53,553 bases of DNA from Candidatus Woesearchaeota archaeon (GTDB lineage: Archaea > Nanobdellota > Nanobdellia > Pacearchaeales > GW2011-AR1), in contig CAZRXO010000001.1 in NCBI GenBank assembly GCA_964604105.1, forward strand, positions 1-53,553. Reading direction: 5' to 3'. Below the pieces are notes generated by a model. The model was not told the DNA's origin, searched no databases, and saw nothing but the letters and a program-made list of their open reading frames with translations. The position numbers and the translations under genes were made by a program. Of the stretch, positions 44,313 to 52,290 are shown piece after piece (the stretch's first letter is position 1; every line of letters begins with the position of its first letter).

Positions 44313-44384
44313 ATGGTTATAATTGCCGGCTCCAGAAATCTTCGGAGTAACCGGCAGTCGGGGGTTCGATTCCCTCCGTGTCCA
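44299..44384 (+). tRNA. trnW: tRNA-Trp(CCA) with a 14-nt intron at 37/38
   Basis: Acceptor GGATACG/CGTGTCC. D arm GTTA-AATGGTTA-TAAT. Anticodon stem GCCGG/CCGGC enclosing CTCCAG[aaatcttcggagta]A. T arm GGGGG-TTCGATT-CCCTC. Confidence 0.8.
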
Positions 44385-44402
44385 TACCATTCCTCCCAAA
44401 AC

Positions 44403-44410
44403 TTTATAAA
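44403..44410 (+). promoter_or_regulatory. TATA box
   Basis: TTTATAAA ends 21 nt before ATG 44432. Confidence 0.5.
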
Positions 44411-44431
44411 CTAATATGAAATATATTTCAT

Positions 44432-44719
44432 ATGAAGTGCAACACATACCATATCTTTTTTAGAAATCTCGCTAATGAATTAAAAATAGAAATCATCACA
44501 GCATTAAAAGAGAAACCCCTTTCAGTAACAGAACTTTCAAAAAAACTCAAAATTGAACAAAGCAATCTTTCTCACGCTTTAGCATCATTAAGTCATTGTA
44601 ACATTGTGCAAGTTGAACAGCAAGGCAAAAAAAGAATTTATTCTCTTAACAAAGAAACAATAGTTCCAATGCTCAAACTCATTGACAAACATAAATGCAA
44701 ATACTGTCCAGGAAAATGA
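44432..44719 (+). CDS. ArsR/SmtB-family wHTH regulator
   Basis: FRNLANELKIEIITALKEKPLSVTELSKKLKIEQSNLSHALASLSHCNIV. Confidence 0.75.
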   Translation: MKCNTYHIFFRNLANELKIEIITALKEKPLSVTELSKKLKIEQSNLSHALASLSHCNIVQVEQQGKKRIYSLNKETIVPMLKLIDKHKCKYCPGK

Positions 44720-45300
44720 GAAAATTAATTTGCCCAAAGTGCGGGAGTAAGAAGGTAATTCGTCCAGTTCTTAGTCCTGCGGGTGCGGCATTTGCTGATG
44801 ATCCTGGATGGAAATGTAGAGATTGTGGTTTCTGGGCTCCGGATTTTAATATTCATAAAGATAAAATGAAAATAAGAAAAGCGACTAAAAAAGATTTGAA
44901 AGAGATGTTAGAGATTATAAAAGTCAATAGTCCTAAGTATCCTATCCTTCAAGCAAAAAAAGAACTCAATGAAATGTTTTCTAAATCTTTGTTAAAACCC
45001 ACTTATTTAGTAGCTGAAAAAGGGAAAGAGATTGTCGGGCTTGGGGGGTTTATTCAATCCTGGGCAGACAATATTGTGATTAATATGTTTTGGATTAATG
45101 TCCATCCTGAATGCTCCCAAAAAAATATAGGAACCAAAATAATTAATGAATTAATTAAAGAGATAAAAAAACTTAAGGACCCAAAAGCAAAATTAATAAT
45201 AATCTCTACGAAGATTCCTTTGTTTTATAAGAAGTTCGGATTTAAGAAAATAACTAAATATGATAGAGAGTATATGTTAATGGAGAAAAAATTAAAATGA
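44716..45300 (+). CDS. Zinc-ribbon plus GNAT acetyltransferase fusion
   Basis: CPKCGSKK...CRDCGF, then MKIRKATKKDLKEMLEI... The first 13 GNAT codons are ~90% nt-identical to gene 40740. Confidence 0.65.
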   Translation: MRKLICPKCGSKKVIRPVLSPAGAAFADDPGWKCRDCGFWAPDFNIHKDKMKIRKATKKDLKEMLEIIKVNSPKYPILQAKKELNEMFSKSLLKPTYLVAEKGKEIVGLGGFIQSWADNIVINMFWINVHPECSQKNIGTKIINELIKEIKKLKDPKAKLIIISTKIPLFYKKFGFKKITKYDREYMLMEKKLK

Positions 45301-45814
45301 AAGGATTTGTTAATTTAGGAAAGAAGGGGTTTGCAACAACTAAAGAGATATTTGTAAGAAAAGATGTTTCTGAAGCACTAAAGAAAGCAAAAAAGTCTTT
45401 ACCAGATGGATTTAATTTTAAAGTTTGGACAGGATATAGATCCCTAGAAGAACAGAGAAGACTTGTTGAAAAACTTGAGAAAAAATTCAAAAAAGAATTT
45501 CCAAAAAAGTGGCACAGTATGCTTGTTAAATATACTGGGGGTATGAGATGTTAAAACAAAAGAGTTTCCATTACATGAATCATCTGAGTGGATTTGCAAT
45601 TGATTTAACTCTTGTTAAAGGAAAAAAAGAGTTTCCTCTTGGGGGGATTGATTTTTCTGAAAAAGACCATATTAACTATTATGAAAAAAAGAAAAATTTG
45701 ACTAAAAAAGAAGAAACAATTAGGAACAATAGAAGAATTCTAAAGAAAGTTATGAGAAAGTCTGGATTTGAGGTTTATGCCCCTGAATGGTGGCATTGGG
45801 GGTATTCAAAATGA
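45297..45814 (+). pseudogene. M15-family D-Ala-D-Ala dipeptidase/carboxypeptidase (VanX/VanY-like) split by a frameshift near a G5 run
   Basis: N-terminal part has GYRSLEEQRRL. C-terminal part has HLSGFAIDLTL and EWWHWGY. The two frames overlap across 45530-45554, which contains GGGGG at 45537-45541. Confidence 0.55.
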
Positions 45815-46959
45815 AAATCTATCTTGACAATGCAGCAACAACAAAAGTCGACGAGAAAGTTGTAAAAGCAATGCAACCATATTTCACAGAAAAATTTGGG
45901 AACCCGTCGTCATTGCACTTTGCAGGAGAAGAAGCACGACGAGATTTAGAAAATGCACGCGAAACAATTGCAAAATCCGTGGGCGCAAAATACAAAGAAA
46001 TAATTTTTACAGGTTCAGGGACAGAAGCAAACAACTTCGCACTAAAAGGTCTGTTCTGGAAAAACTTCCCAAACAAAAACCACATCATTACAACAAAAAT
46101 AGAACACGATTGCATTTTACAAACTTGCAAATGGCTGGAAACTCAAGGAGCAAAAATAACTTATCTCGACGTGTGTGACAAAGGATTCGTGAATCCACAA
46201 GACTTGCTCGAGGCAATCACAGATAAAACATTTTTAGTTTCAATCATCCACGGAAATAACGAAGTCGGCACAATCCAGCATATAGAAAAGTTAACAAAAA
46301 TCTGCAACGAGAAAAATATTTTGTTTCATACAGATGCTTGCCAAAGTTTCACAAAAGTTTCAATAAATGTCAAGAAAATAGGAATTGATTTAATGACAAT
46401 TAATGCACACAAAATTCACGGACCAAAAGCCATCGGAGCATTATATATTCGAGAAGCCATAAAAATCACACCCTTGCTCCACGGAGGAGGCCAAGAATTC
46501 AAACTTAGAAGTTCAACAGAAAACACAGCAGGAATAATTGGTTTTGCAAAAGCAGTAAAAATTGCATCAAACAGCGACGTAAAACAAATGAAAAAACTCC
46601 GAGATTATTTTATTCAAGAATTATTAAAAATCCCAAACACAAAACTCAACGGAGCAACAGGCGAAGAAAGATTATGCAATAATATAAATCTCTCTTTCAA
46701 AAATATCGAGGGCGAAGCAATCGGAAGTTTCCTAAATGCAAAACAAATTTTCATATCAACAGGAAGCGCCTGCTCATCAAAATCCCTTGAGCCAAGCCAC
46801 GTGCTCACAGCATTAGGAATGTCTCCATTAGAAGCAAACTCTTCAATAAGATTAAGTATTTCAAAATATACAACAAAAAAAGAAATAGATTTTGCACTCA
46901 AAGAAATTAAAAATACTGTCGAGAAATTGCGGAGGATGAGTCCGTTGGTGGGAAGATGA
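45811..46959 (+). CDS. nifS: Cysteine desulfurase (NifS/IscS type)
   Basis: IYLDNAATTKV...FTGSGTEANN...HTDACQ...NAHKIHGPKAIGALY...STGSACSS. Confidence 0.9.
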   Translation: MKIYLDNAATTKVDEKVVKAMQPYFTEKFGNPSSLHFAGEEARRDLENARETIAKSVGAKYKEIIFTGSGTEANNFALKGLFWKNFPNKNHIITTKIEHDCILQTCKWLETQGAKITYLDVCDKGFVNPQDLLEAITDKTFLVSIIHGNNEVGTIQHIEKLTKICNEKNILFHTDACQSFTKVSINVKKIGIDLMTINAHKIHGPKAIGALYIREAIKITPLLHGGGQEFKLRSSTENTAGIIGFAKAVKIASNSDVKQMKKLRDYFIQELLKIPNTKLNGATGEERLCNNINLSFKNIEGEAIGSFLNAKQIFISTGSACSSKSLEPSHVLTALGMSPLEANSSIRLSISKYTTKKEIDFALKEIKNTVEKLRRMSPLVGR

Positions 46960-47723
46960 AAAAAGAAAATTATCACACACATACAACAGGTTCAGATGGA
47001 AGATTGAAACCTGAAGAATTGATTAAATTAGCTATTAAAAAAAAGTTCGATGTTATTGCAATAACAGATCATTATAGAAATCCCCCAGGATTTAGGAAAT
47101 GGGGAAATGAACATTATTCTCAAGAACATTATGATTTGATAGTTAACTTAAAGAAAAAATATAAAAACAAGATTAAGATTCTTGTAGGTGTTGAATTTGA
47201 TTGGATTTCAAAATATAAAAAATGGATTAAGAAAGAAGCAAAAAGAAGAAAATACGATTTGAAAATTATCTCTATTCATTGGATTCGAAAAGGTGAAAAG
47301 TATGCTCCCATCGAATGGAAAGAGGAAGAATTTGAAAAGTCTGTTAAAGCTTTTGGAGGAAGTAAAAAAGTTGTTAAGCAATATTACAAGGATTTGAGGG
47401 AAGCAATTAAAACAGGACTTTTTGATTCTGTTGGCCATATAGATATTATTAAAATGTGGAATAAAGATAATAAATATTTTTCTCCTGAAGAAAAATGGTA
47501 TAAAAAAGAAATTACAAAAACTCTTAAATTAATTTCTAAAAATAAAATGAAATTAGACTTGAATACTTCTGGCTGGAGAAAAACTACAGAAGAACAATCT
47601 CCTAGCTTAGAGATAATTAGGGAAGCAAAGAAATTAAATATTCCTCTCTTAATTGGAACTGATGCTCACAAATCTGAACAATTAGAAGCAGGACTTAAAA
47701 AAATTAAATTAATGAAAATATGA
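46956..47723 (+). CDS. PHP-domain phosphoesterase (histidinol-phosphatase-like)
   Basis: NYHTHTTGSDG...AITDH...GHIDIIK...GTDAHK are the PHP metal-binding motifs. Confidence 0.75.
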   Translation: MKKENYHTHTTGSDGRLKPEELIKLAIKKKFDVIAITDHYRNPPGFRKWGNEHYSQEHYDLIVNLKKKYKNKIKILVGVEFDWISKYKKWIKKEAKRRKYDLKIISIHWIRKGEKYAPIEWKEEEFEKSVKAFGGSKKVVKQYYKDLREAIKTGLFDSVGHIDIIKMWNKDNKYFSPEEKWYKKEITKTLKLISKNKMKLDLNTSGWRKTTEEQSPSLEIIREAKKLNIPLLIGTDAHKSEQLEAGLKKIKLMKI

Positions 47724-48268
47724 AACTTGAAACAGAAATAAAAAAAGGAAAAGATGTTTCGTCTTACCTTAAGAGAAGTTGGAATAAAATAATGAAGAAG
47801 ACTTTTGGTAGTAGCCCCCTCGAAAATTTTTCTAAAGATATCTTTTTTAAAGTTAAAGATGAAAAAAAATTAGTTGTAATGGGGGCATTGACTCCTGTGA
47901 GAATAAAATATTTAGGTAAAACTTATAATATTCTTGGAATTACTGAGATAGTTGCTCTAAAAAGAAAAAAAGGTTATGGTAAAATCTTAATGCAAGAAAT
48001 TTTAAAGTATGTTGAAAAAACTGGTAAAACCGCAGTTGGATTTACAGGAGATAGAACCAGTCCTTTTTACAAAAAATGTGGTCTAAAAATAAAACCAGGA
48101 ATGGTAAAGAAATTTGTTTACACCCCAAAAAATAAAGCAGAAGAAAAAGAAGTTAAGTATGCTCTAAAAAATGATAGTGATGTGATTTATATTGAAAGGA
48201 AAGACAAATTCATAACAAAAGTCGCCTCAAGCAAATTAAATGTTCAACTTCCTTGTATGTATTGGTAA
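47720..48268 (+). CDS. GNAT-like acetyltransferase
   Basis: VALKRKKGYGKILMQEILKYVEKTGK resembles GNAT motif A. Confidence 0.55.
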   Translation: MKLETEIKKGKDVSSYLKRSWNKIMKKTFGSSPLENFSKDIFFKVKDEKKLVVMGALTPVRIKYLGKTYNILGITEIVALKRKKGYGKILMQEILKYVEKTGKTAVGFTGDRTSPFYKKCGLKIKPGMVKKFVYTPKNKAEEKEVKYALKNDSDVIYIERKDKFITKVASSKLNVQLPCMYW

Positions 48269-48269
48269 A

Positions 48270-48473
48270 ATGAAAAAAATAACCCCCTCTACAATGCTCA
48301 ACGAAATAATGGAAATAAACCCCAATGCAGCAGAGCTTTTGTTTGAAGTTGGAATGTTTTGCATTGGTTGTCCAGCAGCAGCACAAGAAACTCTCGAAGA
48401 AGGTTGCAGAGCCCACGGAATGTCAAGTAAGCAAATAAATGAATTAGTTGATAAGCTGAATAAAATAAAATGA
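48270..48473 (+). CDS. DUF1858-type small redox-disulfide domain protein
   Basis: TMLNEIMEINPNAAELLFEVGMFCIGCPAAAQETLEEGCRAHG. Confidence 0.7.
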   Translation: MKKITPSTMLNEIMEINPNAAELLFEVGMFCIGCPAAAQETLEEGCRAHGMSSKQINELVDKLNKIK

Positions 48474-49438
48474 AAATAACAAACACAGAAGCTAAAAAAA
48501 TATGTGCAGATTTTAGTCTCGGAGAATTTAAGAGCATTAAACCAATTAAGGGGGGATTATCTAATTTTAATTTTTCTTTGAAAACAAGCAAGGGGGAATT
48601 TGTGGTTCGGGGAATTGGACAAAAAATAACTCCAAATAAAAAAGAAAGATTAACAACAGAATTTAATGTAATGGAATTTTTAACAAAGAAAAAATTTCCA
48701 TATTTTGTTCCTTTGCCCATTAAGAATATTGAAGGCAAGAGATTACACCAAATAAATAACAAAGATTTTTGGGTTTACGAGAAAATCCCTGGCAAGTCAA
48801 TAATAAAATTTTCTGGTCAAAGAGAATCCAGGCAGGTTAGAGAATTAGCAAAAGCATTGGCAACCTATCATAAATATGTTGGGAGATTTCAAACTAAAGA
48901 GAGTGGTTTTCAAAATTATCTTAAATGGGTTTTAGAAATAACTGAAGCGATTAATCCAAAGAAACCCATAGACAAAACAGATAAATTAGCACTAAAAGAA
49001 AAAGAATTCTTCAAAGAGATAATCCTTCAAGGAATTAAACAAAATTACTCAAAAAATATCCTCCCATTACATAGTGATCTAGACCCTTCAAATGTTCTCT
49101 TCAAAGGAGATAAAATTATAGCGATAATAGATTTTGATGATTTAGAATACGGTCCCCGAGCCAGAGATGTAGCGATTTCAATTAGAGATACTTGCACAAT
49201 AAAAAATAAACTAGACAAAGAAAGAGTAAAAACCTTCTTGAAGGAATACGAAAAAATAAACTCTTTGACTAAAGATGAAAAAGAGGTGATACCATTTTTA
49301 ATGTTGGTCGAGAATGCAGGGTTTTTTTCTTGGGTTTATGGGAGCATGAAAAAAGAAAAACAAAACAGATACAAATACATGTTAGAGATGTCAAGATTAA
49401 GTTATAATATAATTAAAGATTACCTTAGAAGAAAATGA
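48470..49438 (+). CDS. APH/homoserine-kinase-II-fold phosphotransferase (catalytically intact)
   Basis: IKGGLSNFNF, LHSDLDPSNVLF, IIDFDD. The N-terminus parallels 41186. Confidence 0.75.
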   Translation: MKITNTEAKKICADFSLGEFKSIKPIKGGLSNFNFSLKTSKGEFVVRGIGQKITPNKKERLTTEFNVMEFLTKKKFPYFVPLPIKNIEGKRLHQINNKDFWVYEKIPGKSIIKFSGQRESRQVRELAKALATYHKYVGRFQTKESGFQNYLKWVLEITEAINPKKPIDKTDKLALKEKEFFKEIILQGIKQNYSKNILPLHSDLDPSNVLFKGDKIIAIIDFDDLEYGPRARDVAISIRDTCTIKNKLDKERVKTFLKEYEKINSLTKDEKEVIPFLMLVENAGFFSWVYGSMKKEKQNRYKYMLEMSRLSYNIIKDYLRRK

Positions 49439-49956
49439 AAGAAATAGAAATTAAAATACTAGAAATTAGCCCAGTCAAGATAAGAAACATGCTCAAAAAG
49501 AATAAGGCTAAATTTGTAAAAAGAGTTTTACAAAAAAATAATATTTATTCAAATTTTTCTGCAAAAAGAAAAAAGACTTTAGTAAGGTTAAGGCAAGAAG
49601 GAAGCAATTGCTGGCTTACTGTAAAGGGCCCCAAGAAAATAATTAATAATCATAAAGTAAGAAAAGAATATGAAATGAAAATTAAGAGTTTTGAATTTGG
49701 AGAGAAAATGCTGAATCTCCTAGGATTCAAGAAAATTTCTCATGATGAAAGAAAGAGAGAATACTATAAGCTTAAATCTTGTTCAGTTGAGATAATTAAG
49801 TTACCAAAAATCCCAATTTTTTTAGAAATAGAAGGGAATGAAAAAAATATACTTAAAGTTGCAAATCTTCTTGGTTATTCTGAAAAAGATTATTTTAATG
49901 GGCATCCTCAAGATAAATACAAAATAAAAGATAAATTTTTGGAGTTTGAAAAATGA
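49435..49956 (+). CDS. CYTH-domain protein (class IV adenylyl cyclase / triphosphatase fold)
   Basis: EIEIKILEI N-terminus (ExExK), LVRLRQEG...LTVKGP, REEYE-like KEYEMKI, IFLEIEG. Confidence 0.75.
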   Translation: MKEIEIKILEISPVKIRNMLKKNKAKFVKRVLQKNNIYSNFSAKRKKTLVRLRQEGSNCWLTVKGPKKIINNHKVRKEYEMKIKSFEFGEKMLNLLGFKKISHDERKREYYKLKSCSVEIIKLPKIPIFLEIEGNEKNILKVANLLGYSEKDYFNGHPQDKYKIKDKFLEFEK

Positions 49957-50351
49957 CCCCCAGACTTTCTTATTCAAAAAAAATCATGAAAGAATTCCTA
50001 AACCCAAAAAACCTCGGAGAAATAAAAAACCCCGACGGAGTTGGACAGGTTGGAAATCCCAAGTGTGGGGATATAATGCACATTTTTATCAGAGTCGGAG
50101 ACCAGGGAAAAAAAACAGAATTTCTAAAAGATGTTAAGTTCAAAACATTTGGTTGTGGCGCAGCAATAGCATCCTCGTCAATTCTAACACAAATAGCAAA
50201 AGGAAAAAAAATGCAACAAGCAAAAAAAATAACTAATAAAGATGTTGCAAATAAACTTAAAGGAATGCCCCCAATAAAATTGCATTGCTCAAACCTTGCT
50301 GCCGATGCTCTGCAAAAGGCAATTGAGGATTATCGAGGGAAAAAGAAATAA
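49953..50351 (+). CDS. iscU: Fe-S cluster scaffold IscU/NifU N-terminal type
   Basis: GNPKCGDIMHIFI, FKTFGCGAAIASSS, KLHCSNLAADAL give the three cluster-ligand cysteines. Confidence 0.9.
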   Translation: MTPRLSYSKKIMKEFLNPKNLGEIKNPDGVGQVGNPKCGDIMHIFIRVGDQGKKTEFLKDVKFKTFGCGAAIASSSILTQIAKGKKMQQAKKITNKDVANKLKGMPPIKLHCSNLAADALQKAIEDYRGKKK

Positions 50352-50424
50352 ATCCAACGAAGTAGTTCGGGAATTTGAGGGAAAAACATTAATCCAAAAA
50401 GTAAACTTCACAACATTTATTCAA

Positions 50425-51033
50425 CTATATTAAAATATCTCCTTTATTCTTTTCTATCAATAGAGTTTCACCATCCACCAACCTCATAACTTTCTTTCCA
50501 GTTTCTTCTTCAAAATTAGAAATAACCTCTTCGTCATCTTCAGTATAATGCGGGCTTATTCTTTTATTAGTAATTCTCAATCCCGTCAAATCTTTTAATC
50601 CAATATCATTCTCATCCCAGCCATGCTTTATTCCTGTAACATCAATATCAGGACCCATAATCATGCTTCCCGCACTAACACCAACATAAACTTTTCCGCT
50701 TTCAACAAATTCCTTAATCACTTTATCAAAACCACTCTCTCTAATTCTATGTAATAAATAAAATGTATTCCCTCCACAAACATACATAACATCAAAATCA
50801 TCCAACCCCTCCAACTCATTCCCAAGATTATAATCAACAATATCTTTTTTCTTAATTCCCAAATCCAAAAGTTCTTTCTTAGACTCCGCAACATAATACA
50901 ACTCCTCTTCTGTTCTCGAGGCTGTCGGCACAAACAAAATTTTTATTTCAGAAGCAGGCTTGTCAACCAATTTCAAAAATTCCTTTCCAATTTTATCATT
51001 ATCAATTCCTGATGAGGTTAATAGTAGTTTCAT
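50425..51033 (-). CDS. Peptidase E (S51 family)
   Basis: MKLLLTSSGI...VCGGNTFYLL...GVSAGSMI. Start re-called because TTTAAATA (51055-51062) ends 21 nt before ATG 51033. Confidence 0.8.
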   Translation of the reverse strand: MKLLLTSSGIDNDKIGKEFLKLVDKPASEIKILFVPTASRTEEELYYVAESKKELLDLGIKKKDIVDYNLGNELEGLDDFDVMYVCGGNTFYLLHRIRESGFDKVIKEFVESGKVYVGVSAGSMIMGPDIDVTGIKHGWDENDIGLKDLTGLRITNKRISPHYTEDDEEVISNFEEETGKKVMRLVDGETLLIEKNKGDILI

Positions 51034-51075
51034 ATAATAGTTGTTCAATAAGATTATTTAAATTTTCCCAAAACA

Positions 51076-51083
51076 TTTTTATA
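51076..51083 (+). promoter_or_regulatory. TATA box (divergent partner of 51055-51062)
   Basis: TTTTTATA ends 21 nt before ATG 51105. Confidence 0.5.
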
Positions 51084-51104
51084 CCACCCTTCCCTATAAT
51101 CTCC

Positions 51105-52205
51105 ATGGAAAAAAGAGTGATGATTTTATTCTTAGTAGGAATTCTTTTAATCTCCCCCTTTGCACTCGCGCAAGAACAAACTCAAACATATTCAGGCTTC
51201 GAGAAATTCTTCGACAATGCTAAAATGTTTTTTTCTTCAGGAGACAATAAAGTAAATTTAGCATTAGAAATTAGAGAAAAAGAAATTGATTCTGCAATCG
51301 AAAATAATAATCAAGGAAATTCAGAAGATATGTCTAAAAATCTCGAGGGTGCATGGAAAAAAATCCAAGTTGTGCAAGAAAAGGTTTCAACGAATACAGC
51401 AGAAAAAGTAAAAGCAAGTTCCAACGAAATTCGAGAAAAAATACAAAATCAACAAAACCTCCCAGACGATTTTGATGTTTATGTTTTGGAAGAAGAAAAA
51501 ACAGGGCTTACTGCAGAATGGGTTGTGGAAAAAAGCATGGGCGAAGAAGGTAAAGAAGGACAAACATTAGGGAGAGAAGTAGAAGTACTTTACGAAGTTG
51601 ATGGAGAAATAGTAGTTAAAATTGAAAACAGAATTAATGAGATTGACAAGGAGATTGCAGAATGGGTCGTTGAACATACTTATGCAGAGGGAACAACCGC
51701 GGGCGGAGAATCAGGAGTTGTTGTAAAAGGCGGATTAACTCGTGTGGTAAAAACAGAAATCGCAAATGGAGACAATGGATTAAAACCAGAAGTCAAAACT
51801 TACATAGATGTTGTAAAGAGTGAAATGGCAATAGATGTGGACAAAATAGATCCAGATGCGACTCAAAAGTCTTCTACCCAAAATATAGTTGATGATGGTC
51901 CTTGCAAAGAAGGAGAAGAAAATTGTAATAATGATGTTGCTCCAGGACCAGACGGAATTGTGGGGGTTCAAGGAGCTACAAACAATATTGATGAAAGTCC
52001 TGGAGGAATTGACAGCAGTTATGCTGAAGGAACAACTGCAGAGGGAGATTCTGGAGATAGTAGTGATTCTGGAAGTGAAAGTTCAGGCGAGTCTGGGGGA
52101 GATTCCGGAGGAGACAGCGACGGTGATTCTGGAATGACTGGCGAAGTAATAAAATATTCTAATTCAGAGAATATTTTTAAGAAATTTTTTAATAGATTCT
52201 TTTAA
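51105..52205 (+). CDS. Secreted acidic protein with internal repeats and a Ser/Gly/Asp-rich tail
   Basis: Signal peptide MEKRVMILFLVGILLISPFALA. Repeated AEWVVE and YAEGTTA(G/E)G(E/D)SG. Tail GDSGDSSDSGSESSGESGGDSGGDSDGDSG. Confidence 0.6.
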   Translation: MEKRVMILFLVGILLISPFALAQEQTQTYSGFEKFFDNAKMFFSSGDNKVNLALEIREKEIDSAIENNNQGNSEDMSKNLEGAWKKIQVVQEKVSTNTAEKVKASSNEIREKIQNQQNLPDDFDVYVLEEEKTGLTAEWVVEKSMGEEGKEGQTLGREVEVLYEVDGEIVVKIENRINEIDKEIAEWVVEHTYAEGTTAGGESGVVVKGGLTRVVKTEIANGDNGLKPEVKTYIDVVKSEMAIDVDKIDPDATQKSSTQNIVDDGPCKEGEENCNNDVAPGPDGIVGVQGATNNIDESPGGIDSSYAEGTTAEGDSGDSSDSGSESSGESGGDSGGDSDGDSGMTGEVIKYSNSENIFKKFFNRFF

Positions 52206-52261
52206 GATAAAAAAGATAGGATTATTTTACCCTAAGTTTTTATTTAACCAACCCCAAAACA

Positions 52262-52269
52262 TTTATTTA
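52262..52269 (+). promoter_or_regulatory. TATA box
   Basis: TTTATTTA ends 21 nt before ATG 52291. Confidence 0.5.
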
Positions 52270-52290
52270 CTCTTCTCTCTAAATTTTATT

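Noticed and set aside
40740-44905. Near-identical first 39 nt of the GNAT genes at 40740 and 44866, as evidence of recent duplication or gene conversion
   Set aside because: Similarity (~90%) is confined to the first 13 Lys/Arg-rich codons (MKIRKATKxDLKE) and decays immediately. Given the A-rich codon bias this is weak evidence, so it is only mentioned in the feature note.
49946-50137. 63-aa alternative-frame ORF rich in K/R/P
   Set aside because: It overlaps iscU, which has all three conserved cluster-ligand cysteine motifs in the other frame.
38546-50351. Possibility that the enzyme-rich region next to tRNA-Trp is an integrated mobile element
   Set aside because: I found no integrase, transposase, partial tRNA duplication or terminal repeats. 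The genes are coupled into long arrays like the rest of the chromosome. It is only noted as accessory-like.
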